64,000 nt of DNA from an uncultured bacterium (GTDB lineage Bacteria > Krumholzibacteriota > Krumholzibacteriia > Krumholzibacteriales > Krumholzibacteriaceae), in contig CBDUYR010000009.1 of assembly GCA_965371515.1 (NCBI GenBank), positions 4,602 to 68,601 on the forward strand, in the 5' to 3' direction. Both the position numbers and the translations under genes were made by a program. This document shows, in pieces, positions 37,753-47,700 of this stretch (position 1 is its first letter; every line of letters starts with the position of its first letter). The notes below the pieces were generated by a model. It did not search any database. It worked only from the letters and a program-made list of their open reading frames with translations, and was not told the DNA's origin.

Positions 37753-38093
37753 GAGAGGAATTCAAGCTCCTCGTCGCCCTCCAGGATCTCGACATAATGA
37801 TCAAGGAAGTCGAGGAGAAAAAGACTTCCGATAAACTGAAGAACATGGGATTCCAGCTCGACGGGCTCGAGGAGCTCCAGAAGGCGAGGGCAAAGCTCGC
37901 CGGGAAGATCCCCAAGGCCCTCAGAAACCGTTACGAGAAGCTCGCCGGGCATTACAGCATGGCCATCATCCCCGTCACCGACAACAGGTGTCTCGGCTGT
38001 TTCAGCAAACTCCCCACCTCGTTCTTCTCGTCGGCCTACAGCAGCGAGCTGCTTACCTGCGAAAACTGCGGCCGACTCCTCTTCATACCGTAA
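37749..38093 (+). CDS. Coiled-coil C4 zinc-ribbon protein (zf-RING_7/DUF164-like, short form)
   Basis: C-terminal CLGC ... CENCGRLL. Helical N-terminus. ATGA overlap with ptsN. Confidence 0.5.
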   Translation: MREEFKLLVALQDLDIMIKEVEEKKTSDKLKNMGFQLDGLEELQKARAKLAGKIPKALRNRYEKLAGHYSMAIIPVTDNRCLGCFSKLPTSFFSSAYSSELLTCENCGRLLFIP

Positions 38094-38182
38094 ATCAATC
38101 CTTGTAATTCACACAGAATTGCAGTAAAGTATTTTTACCGGTTAAATTCTTTAACAGCAGCCATCTGAATCGGTCGGTAAAA

Positions 38183-41100
38183 ATGAAAAACGAGCCAGGA
38201 TTCACCTCACGCTATGCGATCAAGAAGGCACTCGGTGCCTATTCCCCATGGCAGGGGTTCGGTGTCACCGATTCCCTCAGTGGTAAGGACTACCTCCTCT
38301 TCTCGCTGGTCATCCCAGTCGAGACATCGATATCAACAGACGATCTGCTGATGAGGGATTACCTCTTCGCCGACGCGGCCGGCGACAACATCCGCGCCCT
38401 CTCGATCCAGGACAACGGCGGCGGCGTGTTTTTCCTTCTTCCCTGGCAGGAACTCGTACCAATCACGAAGATGCTTCCCTCCCTCAAACCCGAAGAAAGT
38501 CTGGAGCTGACTCGCTCCCTGACATCCACCTTTCTCGACTGTATATCGACGGGGCGGTTTTTTCACAACCTCTCGATCGAATCCGTCGTAATGCAGGGAA
38601 CCTCGGCCGGCATCCTCCCGACCGCCTATCTCGTCCCGGAGGCTGTGCTCGACAGGCTCGGTGCTTCGCGCGGGGACGGCAGCGGCGAGAACCTCTTCGA
38701 CGACCTGAACGCTTTCGGCGAACTGCTTGCCCTCTTGTGCAGGTATCTTCCCGCGGAACACTCCACCGCATGCGCGGAAACGGCCGAGAAGCTGCGGGCA
38801 ATCGGGCCCAGGACCGGTGACAATCTCTTTCCCCTCATCGAGAAGCTCGGTGAACTGGCAGGGAAAAAATCCGGAACTCCCGTCGTACTGGCCGGAAGGA
38901 AACCGGTGCTGAAGAACCATTCAGCGGTGATGAACCTCGTGAGACAGGCAGCGTTCAGATCTCGCGAAGATAGAAAGCAGATGGTGATCGTCTCGGGCCG
39001 GGCGGGCGAGGGCAAGACATCCCTGCTCGAGGAGATGGCGAGAAAACTGAGCGGGGAATGGGGATTCGAGGGCGATGGTATAGCCGGGGACCAGAGCGTC
39101 TTCAGTGATTTCCGGGACCGTGAGGAAAGTCCCGAGGCCGAGTTCACGATCCATGACGACCATCACCAGGATCCGGTCCTGAGCGGCCTCATCGTCGACC
39201 GTCTCTCCCACGACCTGGAGAAGAGCAGGCTCGCCGTCATCGGCCTGAGCGACGATTCGCCGGCCTGGTTCTCCGACGCTGTCCGTTCGGAGGGCCGCGA
39301 GAGAGGCTTCCATATTACCGATATCGAGATATCCGACCCGAGTTTCGCCCGGAAAAGTGGAGCGGTACTGAAACTTCTCCCGAAAGAACAGCGGACCGCC
39401 GTGAAGAAGACATTCAGCTGCAACGACAGCTTTGCCGTCGTGGAGCTCAAGACAAGGCTGGCCGCTGAAAACGCGACCGCGGACAGAACGGTCGGCAACG
39501 TCATAGATTTTCTCGACGACGAGGAAAGGTCGGTCCTTTCATTCATCGCCGTTTTCAGGTTCGAGGTTCCTCTCTCCATCCTCAAGGAGATCTTCTCCAC
39601 CGAGGAGGGCCGCTTCTACAGGATCCTGCACCGCCTGGTCACGCTGGACATCATCCGTAAGAAGGCGGGCAGATCGTGTTTCGCCAACGACGGCTTCTGC
39701 ACGCTCTTCAGCATCAGCGGCAAGAGTATCTCTTCGATGATAGAGGAATCGATCGATCCCGAACGGCGAGTGCAGCTTCACAGGAACATCGCCCAGATTC
39801 TCAAGGAGGCGCAGGGAGCGCCCGCCGCGTATATTTTCTACCACCTCGTACGGTCGGGCGACATGCAGGAAGCCGCGTTCAAGGGGCTGAGGGTCTTCAA
39901 GCTGCTCCTCACCCGGAAGCGCCTTAACGCGATAAATTCATTTAACGACGGATACATCACCCTCGGTCTCGACCGTCACCTCCCGATGGAGATGAGGCTG
40001 AACCTGCTCCTCGAACTGGGAAATTACTATGCGAACATCGGCAAGATCGAGAAGGCCGAGGAGTTCTTCAGGAATTGCCGTGAGGAAACGAGCACGAGCG
40101 ACAGGTGGCAGAGCCACAGGGAACTAGCAGTCGAGGCGATCAGGAAAGAATGTGAGATCCTCGAGAAGCGCGGCGAGTTCATAGTCGCCGAGGAGCTGCT
40201 CAAAAAAGCTCTTGAGACACATGGCGAGCATATAATGGCCCAGGAGAGGGCGAAGCTCTACAACGATATCGCATGGGTATACTACCGCCTCGGCAAGTTC
40301 GACAAGTCGTGGGAAAACTGCCTCCTCGTCCACAAGCTGCTCGACAAGAAGCAGCACCCGATGGAACTGGCCCAGTCCTACAACCTCATGGGCGCGATCA
40401 ACTGGAACAGGAGCAAGTACGACGAGGCCCTACTCTGCCACAAGAAATGTCACGCGCTGCGCGAGGACTGCAACGATGAACTCGGGGTCGCGGCCAGCTT
40501 CAACAACCTCGGCCTCGTCTACCGCTCGATGGGAAGGATCAAGGAGGCACTCGAGAGTTTCACGAAGAGCATGCGCATCAAGCAACGCAACAACAACCGC
40601 CCCGGTCTCGCGGCGGTCCATCTCAACATAGCCCTCGCCTGTCTCGACACAGAGGAGCTCGAGAAGGCCGAGTCGAACTGCATGACGGCTGTCAAACTGG
40701 CTGAGGATCTCGGCAATCAGCAGCTGCTCGCGGAGATCTACGGGACCCTCGGCGAGATCCACTTCAGGAAGGGCGATCATACCGAGACGCGGAACCATTA
40801 TTTCAGGGCGCTTCACATATGCCAGAAAACACGCTCGCTGCGTGAGAAGGCCGTCGTGCTGAGAAGGCTCGGAGAGCTCGGCCTCGTCGAGGGAAAGATC
40901 GACGAGACGAAGGACCTCCTGGGAGAAGCAAGAGAGCTCAACAAGCAGATCGGATCGCGCCTCGAGACGGCGCTGCTCGACCTGCTAGATGGAAGAGTGC
41001 AGCTCGCCGAGGGTAAGCGAGAGCACGGGCGGCGCATCCTCGAGGAAACGAGTTTCGAGCTGTCGCTGCTCGGCAGGAAGGGAACGGCCGCCTCCATCGC

Positions 41101-42817
41101 GTCGGAGCTCGGTGAGCTATACCTCGAGGAGGGGAACGAACCTCTCGCACGCGAGTACCTTCTCAGGGCAATCTCCCTCTTCGGCGAATCGGAGAAACTC
41201 CCCACCAAGGTTTCCCATCTCCAGAAACATCTCGAGCAGAGAACTGCCCTCGACCTCGAAAAGATCCACTCCGATTCGGCGAGGTTCAGAGTCCTCTGCC
41301 GCCTCATCTCCCTGATACGGACTATCCACGATCCCGACAGGCTGCACAAAACGATTACAGAAATGGCGATGAAAGTGACGAGCATGGAGCGGGCAGCGCT
41401 CATCCTCCAGAGCGATGGCCAGGACACTTACAGGATCCTCGCGTCGATCGGCGACTTCGACTCGGAGTCGATACTGACCGACCACAACATCATAGCGATA
41501 CTGAACATCGCCAGGCAGCTCGGATACCCGCTCGATATTTCGAGGACGAGGATCCCGTCCGGCAAGGTCGAGGAGAATTTCCTCTCTGATCATCCGGGGA
41601 TTATCTGTACGCCCCTCTGGATCCACGAGGAAGTGACGGGTTATCTCTACCTCGACGCAAGCCGTGAAGGGGCCGGGACGACCGACGAGGACCACACATT
41701 CCTCGTCGCGTTCAGCCAGCAGATCGCCCTGGGCCTGGAAAGGATGCTCCTTTCCGACAGGCTCAGGCAGAAGGAAAAGCCGTCCGGAGAGAAGGTATCG
41801 GTGATCGCCAGTCCGGGCGACAGGGTCACATTCCAGGACATCATCGGGAAGTCGGCGGCGATAAGGAAGATCTACGACCTCATAGACGGCATCAAGGACA
41901 TGGACACGACGGTCCTGCTCACCGGCGCGAACGGGGCGGGAAAGGACCTCATAGCGAAAACGATCCACTACACCGGCCCGAGGAAAGACAAGCCGTTCCA
42001 CACACTGAACTGCCCGGCGCTCCCCGACCAGCTGATCGAGAGCGAGCTGTTCGGTCACGAGAAGGGCTCCTTCACCGGCGCGTACAAGCAGAAAATCGGC
42101 CATTTCGAGTCGGCCAGCGACGGCACGATCTTCCTCAACGAGATCGGTGACCTTCCGCTGAAACTCCAGCCGAAACTCCTGCGGGTACTCGAAGACATGA
42201 GGTTCTTTCGCGTCGGCGGAACGAAGGAGATCAAAACGAGCGCGAGGATTATCTGCGCAACGAACAAAGATCTGATGAAACTGGTCAAGGAAGGCACGTT
42301 CCGTGAGGACCTCTATTACAGGATCAACATATTCCCGATCAGGGTACCGGGGCTGGCCGAGCGCAGGGAGGACATCAAACTACTCTGCAACCATTTCTTG
42401 ACCATGTACTGCCGCCTGTACAATACTGCAACAAAGCGTATCTCGCCCGAGGCGATGGTCTACATGACCGAGTACGACTGGCCGGGCAACGTCAGGGAGC
42501 TGGAAAACACGATCAACCGGCTCATGATCATCTCGAAGAAGGACACGATCCTTCCCGAGGACCTGCCGGTCAATATCGTCAAGCACAGGGAAAGCGTCGA
42601 GACCAGGTCGCTCAGCACTCTCGAGGAGATGATCGAATCGATCCTCGAAACGGTCGAGTTCTCCGACAGCGACCCGATACTGCCCAGGGTAAAGCGGACG
42701 CTGATAAGCAAGGTAGTGGAAAAAACAGGAGACAAGACGAGGGCCGCGCAGATACTCGGTATCTCGAAGCCCACTCTCTACAGCCACCTCAGGAGCCATG
42801 AGCGGAAAAACCGCTAG
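38183..42817 (+). CDS. 1544-aa sigma54-dependent transcriptional activator fused to N-terminal pseudokinase-like, STAND P-loop NTPase, TPR and GAF modules
   Basis: The C-terminal part is a sigma54 AAA+ activator: LLTGANGAGKDLIAKTIHY, ESELFGHEKGSFTGA (GAFTGA-type), RVPGLAERREDI, plus a Fis-type HTH (AAQILGISKPTLYSHL). A GAF-like region lies around aa 1000-1150. TPR repeats span about aa 560-950. The P-loop is VIVSGRAGEGKTSLLEEMARKL. The N-terminal 170 aa is kinase-like but lacks the catalytic Lys/Asp. Confidence 0.8.
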   Translation: MKNEPGFTSRYAIKKALGAYSPWQGFGVTDSLSGKDYLLFSLVIPVETSISTDDLLMRDYLFADAAGDNIRALSIQDNGGGVFFLLPWQELVPITKMLPSLKPEESLELTRSLTSTFLDCISTGRFFHNLSIESVVMQGTSAGILPTAYLVPEAVLDRLGASRGDGSGENLFDDLNAFGELLALLCRYLPAEHSTACAETAEKLRAIGPRTGDNLFPLIEKLGELAGKKSGTPVVLAGRKPVLKNHSAVMNLVRQAAFRSREDRKQMVIVSGRAGEGKTSLLEEMARKLSGEWGFEGDGIAGDQSVFSDFRDREESPEAEFTIHDDHHQDPVLSGLIVDRLSHDLEKSRLAVIGLSDDSPAWFSDAVRSEGRERGFHITDIEISDPSFARKSGAVLKLLPKEQRTAVKKTFSCNDSFAVVELKTRLAAENATADRTVGNVIDFLDDEERSVLSFIAVFRFEVPLSILKEIFSTEEGRFYRILHRLVTLDIIRKKAGRSCFANDGFCTLFSISGKSISSMIEESIDPERRVQLHRNIAQILKEAQGAPAAYIFYHLVRSGDMQEAAFKGLRVFKLLLTRKRLNAINSFNDGYITLGLDRHLPMEMRLNLLLELGNYYANIGKIEKAEEFFRNCREETSTSDRWQSHRELAVEAIRKECEILEKRGEFIVAEELLKKALETHGEHIMAQERAKLYNDIAWVYYRLGKFDKSWENCLLVHKLLDKKQHPMELAQSYNLMGAINWNRSKYDEALLCHKKCHALREDCNDELGVAASFNNLGLVYRSMGRIKEALESFTKSMRIKQRNNNRPGLAAVHLNIALACLDTEELEKAESNCMTAVKLAEDLGNQQLLAEIYGTLGEIHFRKGDHTETRNHYFRALHICQKTRSLREKAVVLRRLGELGLVEGKIDETKDLLGEARELNKQIGSRLETALLDLLDGRVQLAEGKREHGRRILEETSFELSLLGRKGTAASIASELGELYLEEGNEPLAREYLLRAISLFGESEKLPTKVSHLQKHLEQRTALDLEKIHSDSARFRVLCRLISLIRTIHDPDRLHKTITEMAMKVTSMERAALILQSDGQDTYRILASIGDFDSESILTDHNIIAILNIARQLGYPLDISRTRIPSGKVEENFLSDHPGIICTPLWIHEEVTGYLYLDASREGAGTTDEDHTFLVAFSQQIALGLERMLLSDRLRQKEKPSGEKVSVIASPGDRVTFQDIIGKSAAIRKIYDLIDGIKDMDTTVLLTGANGAGKDLIAKTIHYTGPRKDKPFHTLNCPALPDQLIESELFGHEKGSFTGAYKQKIGHFESASDGTIFLNEIGDLPLKLQPKLLRVLEDMRFFRVGGTKEIKTSARIICATNKDLMKLVKEGTFREDLYYRINIFPIRVPGLAERREDIKLLCNHFLTMYCRLYNTATKRISPEAMVYMTEYDWPGNVRELENTINRLMIISKKDTILPEDLPVNIVKHRESVETRSLSTLEEMIESILETVEFSDSDPILPRVKRTLISKVVEKTGDKTRAAQILGISKPTLYSHLRSHERKNR

Positions 42818-42995
42818 ACAGCTGTCCCCCTTCATCCGGATCATGATCGCGATCTTCCTCATTCTGCTCGCGGTCTGGATCGTGCTGAAGATCTATATAG
42901 CCCGCACTGAGCCTTCCGCGCCACCGGCCGACGGGACGAAGGTGAGTGTCTTCGTTACCGCCGGGCTCAAGGGGTACCGCGAACCCTGCGGCTGA
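42798..42995 (+). CDS. Short TM-anchor ORF, in frame with the next ORF across a single TGA
   Basis: ATG with an AGGAG just upstream. One TM helix. Ends REPCG-TGA. The downstream ORF continues in the same frame. Confidence 0.3.
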   Translation: MSGKTARQLSPFIRIMIAIFLILLAVWIVLKIYIARTEPSAPPADGTKVSVFVTAGLKGYREPCG

Positions 42996-43016
42996 AAGAA
43001 GGACACCTTTTCCGGG

Positions 43017-43832
43017 ATGGCCAGGTGGGCTTCCCTGATTGACAAACGAAGGACGCAGCATCCCGCGATACTTCTCGACGTGGGAGATTTCTGCAATCCC
43101 GCTCAGGGAGGCACGGCCGCTTTCGACCTTGATTACTTCTTTGAGGGGATGCGGATGATCGGCTATGCCGCCGTAGGCGTCGGGGCCGGCGAGATCAAGT
43201 TCGGGCGCAAGCGTCTCCTCGAGAGAGTAGACCGGGCGGGATTCGAGCTGCTCTCAGCCAACATTTATGACAAACGAGGCGGGGAGATGCTCGGCGCGAA
43301 ATACACGATAATAAAGGTCGGCGGGAGGATGACACTGAGCGGCACGAAGGGTGGTTTGAAGATAGGCGTCTTCTCCATCGCCCTTCCGCTCTTCATACAC
43401 GAGATAGATCCGAATATCCCGCTGTACTACGATGTCCTCGACCCGAGGATCGCCGCACTCGAGGCAGTATCGGTCCTGAAGGAAAAGGGTTGCGACCTGA
43501 TCGTGGCTCTGAGCTACCAGGGCTGGTCCAGGAGCCTCGCCCTTGCCGAAAGCATCGACGGGATCGACATAGTGATCAACGGGAGGCGCGAGCACAATCA
43601 GCCCACAGGGGAAAAGGTCGGGCAGACGACGGTCGTCGACACAGGGATCAGGAGGATATCGCTCACCGAGGTGTTCGTAGAGTGGGCAGGCGGCAGCCCC
43701 CGGGTAAAGGTCCGCGAGTCGGGGCCCGAAGCGAAGAGAATGAAGGGCAGGAACGATCTCGTCGAGCTCGAGAAGAAATACGAACGCGAGCTCAAGGCCC
43801 GCGGCATCAAGGATGCCCGGGAGGGCAGCTGA
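43017..43832 (+). CDS. Degenerate 5'-nucleotidase/metallophosphatase-like domain protein (catalytic His/Asn residues replaced)
   Basis: Resembles the 5'-NT N-terminal domain (LLDVGDF, LLSANIYD, DLIVALSYQGW ... GIDIVINGRREH). GNHE is replaced by GAGE, and there is no DxH. Confidence 0.5.
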   Translation: MARWASLIDKRRTQHPAILLDVGDFCNPAQGGTAAFDLDYFFEGMRMIGYAAVGVGAGEIKFGRKRLLERVDRAGFELLSANIYDKRGGEMLGAKYTIIKVGGRMTLSGTKGGLKIGVFSIALPLFIHEIDPNIPLYYDVLDPRIAALEAVSVLKEKGCDLIVALSYQGWSRSLALAESIDGIDIVINGRREHNQPTGEKVGQTTVVDTGIRRISLTEVFVEWAGGSPRVKVRESGPEAKRMKGRNDLVELEKKYERELKARGIKDAREGS

Positions 43833-43910
43833 CAGCGTGCTCGGCAGGCATCGGCCCGATTTCACAAACGAGTTCCATACAATGAGATATACAGAAAGAG
43901 GTATCGCGTA

Positions 43911-44666
43911 ATGAGACTGGACAAGGTGACCGGTTTTCTCGAGGAGACCCTGAGTCTTGAGTCGTTTTCAGCGGATCCGTCCATGAACGGGTTACAGGTC
44001 GAGGCGTCGAGTGAAGTGAGGAAAGTCGCGCTGGCGGTGGATGCCTGCAGAGAATCGATCAGCCGTGCGGCCCGCCGCGACGCCGACCTGCTGATCGTCC
44101 ATCACGGCCTCTTCTGGGGCGGCATGGTGCCGATTACGGGGATCATGGCCGCGCGTGTGAAGGCCCTTCTCGACAGGAACGTCTCACTCTACGCCGCCCA
44201 CCTCCCGCTCGACTGCCACCCGGAGATCGGAAACAACTCCCGGATAGCGAGCGTGCTCGGTATCGGGAAAACGGAGCACTTCGGCAAGTATGCCGGCGTC
44301 GACATCGGGCTCTGCGGCAAGCTGTCCAGGCCGCTGAAGATAGAGGGCCTGCGCCGGAAACTTTCGGGCATCCTCGATTCACCCGTCCAGACCTTTACAT
44401 TCGGGCCGGCTGTGGTAAGGAAGCTGGGCATCGTCTCGGGCGGCGGCGCTTCCCTCACCCAGGCAGCCGCAGAAGCGGGCTGCGACGCGCTCCTTACGGG
44501 CGAGACGTCACACTCGTCATATCACACGGCGAGGGAAAACGGGATCAGCCTGATATTCGCCGGTCATTACGCCTCGGAGACATTCGGCATCAAGGCGCTC
44601 GGCGAGCTCATGAAGGAGAAGCTGGGCCTGCAGACGTTCTTCATCGACCTGCCGACCGGGCTCTAG
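43911..44666 (+). CDS. Nif3-family dinuclear metal-centre protein
   Basis: NIF3 signatures (LLIVHHGLFW, AGHYASE). Confidence 0.8.
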   Translation: MRLDKVTGFLEETLSLESFSADPSMNGLQVEASSEVRKVALAVDACRESISRAARRDADLLIVHHGLFWGGMVPITGIMAARVKALLDRNVSLYAAHLPLDCHPEIGNNSRIASVLGIGKTEHFGKYAGVDIGLCGKLSRPLKIEGLRRKLSGILDSPVQTFTFGPAVVRKLGIVSGGGASLTQAAAEAGCDALLTGETSHSSYHTARENGISLIFAGHYASETFGIKALGELMKEKLGLQTFFIDLPTGL

Positions 44667-44696
44667 CCACTTCGAAGGGATAACAATAAAACAAAA

Positions 44697-44720
44697 GGGG
44701 AAGGGCCCGCGCCCTTCCCC
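44697..44720. terminator. Bidirectional terminator hairpin between the convergent Nif3 and tricorn-like genes
   Basis: ggggaagggc-ccgc-gcccttcccc. T-rich on the minus-strand side (ttttgttttattgtt) and weakly T-rich on the plus side. Confidence 0.5.
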
Positions 44721-44744
44721 TTCTCCATTCATATATCACCGCTC

Positions 44745-47700
44745 TCAACGGTCGATCTTGAACTTGTCGTGCTTCGGCCAGGGCTTCGGGTCCTCCTTTA
44801 TATTCTTCATCAGGACCTCTATCCCCTTGAGCAGCTGAGCGTCTTCACCCCTCGACATCTCTACCGGATCGAGATCGATCTCGATATCGGGGGTTACCCC
44901 CTCGTTTTCTACGATCCAGCGGCCATCGGGATCGTAGATCCTGTAGTCGGGAGCGGACATCCCGCCGCCGTCGATCAGGCCGATCCACATCGAGACGCCT
45001 ACCAGCCCGCCCCATGTCCTCGTGCCGATGACCGGCCCCATCTTCATCATCTGGAACTCCATCGGGAGCATGTCGCCACCCGAGCCGGCCTGGCGGTTGG
45101 TCAGGCATACGAGATGGGCGTTTGTAACGATCGCCGGGTCAGTCTGGTCGTGAGAGTACCTGCGGGTCCAGTATGCGAGGATTTCCCTGTTGAGTCGCTG
45201 GAGGAAGATCGCGGGATCCAGGCCTCCGCCGTTGAATCGACCATCGACTATGATCCCCTTCTTGCGTGTCTGCGTGTAGAAGAGCTTGGGAAACTCGGTC
45301 GCGGAGCCGAGATATGTGTCGGGCATATGCAGGTAACCGATCTTACCTCCCGATTTCTCGTCGACGAGCTGCCTGTTGTGCTCGACCCAGGCGTGATACC
45401 TCATCCAGTATCCGTTCCTCGCCGGTTTGATCGTGTATTCCCTCGCCCCCTTCTTCGTCGGCTTCTCGTTCACGAGGATCGTCACCTGCTTGCCGGCGAG
45501 GTCCTCGAAGTAGCTGTATATGTTCCTGCCGGCAGTGACGTCGACGCCGTTGACCTCGAGCAGGTAGTCACCCTCGGCAACATTCACGCCGGGCCTCGAC
45601 AGCGGAGGAACGATACCGCGCGACCAGTCGGGAACATCGAGGATCTTTTCGAACCGGTACATGCCCGCTTTTTCGTCCAGTGCCCAGTCGACACCGAGCA
45701 GCCCGACGCTGACGCGGTCGGAGTTGCGGCGGTTGTCGCCGCCGAAGACGTAGGTGTGCGATGTGCTCAGTTCACCGATCAGCTCGCCTATGATGAACCG
45801 TACATCCTGCCGACATGTCGCGCGGTCGATCAGCCTCCCGTACTTCTCACCCATCTCGTCCCAGTCGAGGCCCTGCATCGCCGGCTCGTAGTAGAAGTCG
45901 CGCTCCATCCTCCAAGCTTCGGCGAATATCTGCTTCCACTCGGACAGCGGGTCCAATTTCATCTTCAGGCCCGAAGTGCTGATCTTGTTGCCCTTCGAGT
46001 CTTTGGCGGACGACTTGATGATGCCGAGCCCGTGGTGCATGCCGCGGCGCTTCGTGTAGACGATGCTCTTACCGTCTGCCGAAAGGGCATATCTGCCTAT
46101 ACTGGAGATAACCTTTTCTTCCTCTCTGTCCTCGAAGGAAAAGCGGTAGAGATCCATCGCGCCGATAGCGCGGAACTCGAACCTGTTGAAATCGCCCTCG
46201 TCCTTATTGAGATAAAAGAGCGACCCGTCCGCGGCGGTCAGATGCCTGTAGTTCGCTCTGGGGACCGGAAGGGCCTCGATACGGCCGGCTAGCCCTTCGA
46301 AATCGATCTTCACCGGCTTCTCGTCGTCGCCGTTTTTCTTGTCTTTTTTGTTCTTACTATCCTTCTTGTCATTCTTGTTATCTTCTTCCCCGTTCTCGTC
46401 AGCCTGCTCCTCGTCGCTGCGCGGGGGCAGCAGCGCCTCGCCGTCGGCGCTGAGAGTGACGGCATATATACCGGCGACCTTTTTATATACCATCTCCCAC
46501 TCGAAATCGCAGAATGTCGGGCTGAACCTGCGGTTGGAGATAAAGAAGAGATGCTTCCCGTCCTTGGAGAAAACTGGGTTGAAGTCGTTGAACAGTCCGT
46601 TGCTCACCCTCTCGCTCTTACCCGTCTCGAGCGAATGGATATGGACCTGGGTGACCTGGTCGGCATTCATCTTCGAATAGGCTATCCAGCGGCTGTCGGG
46701 CGACCATGAGAAATCGTAGATCGGCTTGAGTTCGAGGGCCACGTCGATATTCTCGAACTCGGCCCTGTCAACTTCGGACTTCTTCCCCGAATCGACATCG
46801 ATCCACCAGCACCGCAGGGTCTGGTCGGCGTATGCCAGTTTTTTGCTGTCGGGCGACCAGCGCAGCGTGTGCCTGTAGCCATCCTTGTGACTCGTAAGTT
46901 TCTTCGCCTCACCGTCCGGGCCGGTACCCCGGACCCAGATCTCGTACTCGCCGCTCGCGTCGGAGAAATATGCGATCTTCGAGCCGTCGGGGGACCATAC
47001 GGCGTCCTTCTCCCTCGAACCGCTGCTGCTGGTCAGGTTACGTGTAGGTCCGTGCTCGAGCGGCACGGTGAAGACCTCGCCCCTTGCCGAGACGAGAGCT
47101 CTCTTCCCCGAAGGTGATATATCGATATCGGTGATCAGCCGGTTGACTTTCCTCAGGTAGGGCCTCAGCTCGGGGGCATCGCTGCTGACCCTGATATCGA
47201 CCTTCGCCGTCTTTCCCGAATCGATATCGAGCATCCAGATATCGCCTCCGAGTTCGTAGACGATCCTGCCGGTTTCCTCGCTCGGGCGCCTGACATCGTA
47301 CTTCGTATGATCGGTCAACTGTTCCACAGCCCCTGTCTCCGGATCGAGACGCCAGATATTGAGGACCCGGCTGCGGTCCGAGCTGAAATATATCTTGTCG
47401 CCGATCCACATCGGTATGCGATCGGTCCCCTCGAAGTCTGTTACCTTCGAATCGGCCATCTTCTCGAAATCGAATATGTAGATCTCCTGAGCGGTGCCGC
47501 CCTTGTAGCGTTTCCACGTCCTGTTCTCACGCGATATGCGGTTATAGGCGATCTTCTTTCCATCGGGAGAGAAGCTTCCCCGTACCGCCTCGTGCATGAT
47601 CAGCTCCTCGAGGCCAGTGCCGTCGGGATTGACCATGTAGAGCCTTGAAAAACGACTGAACGACCGCCTGGCGGAATTGAATATGATCTTGCCGTTGACC

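Noticed and set aside
38094-38182. sigma54 (-24/-12, TGGCAC-N5-TTGCA) promoter upstream of the giant EBP
   Set aside because: TTGCA is present, but there is no GG at the -24 position.
42990-43060. Bacterial SECIS element after the in-frame TGA
   Set aside because: No stable hairpin with an apical G-containing loop at the expected 10-25 nt spacing. Selenocysteine is kept only as one hypothesis in the finding.
44769-46292. 507-aa plus-strand ORF
   Set aside because: Antisense to the tricorn-like protease.
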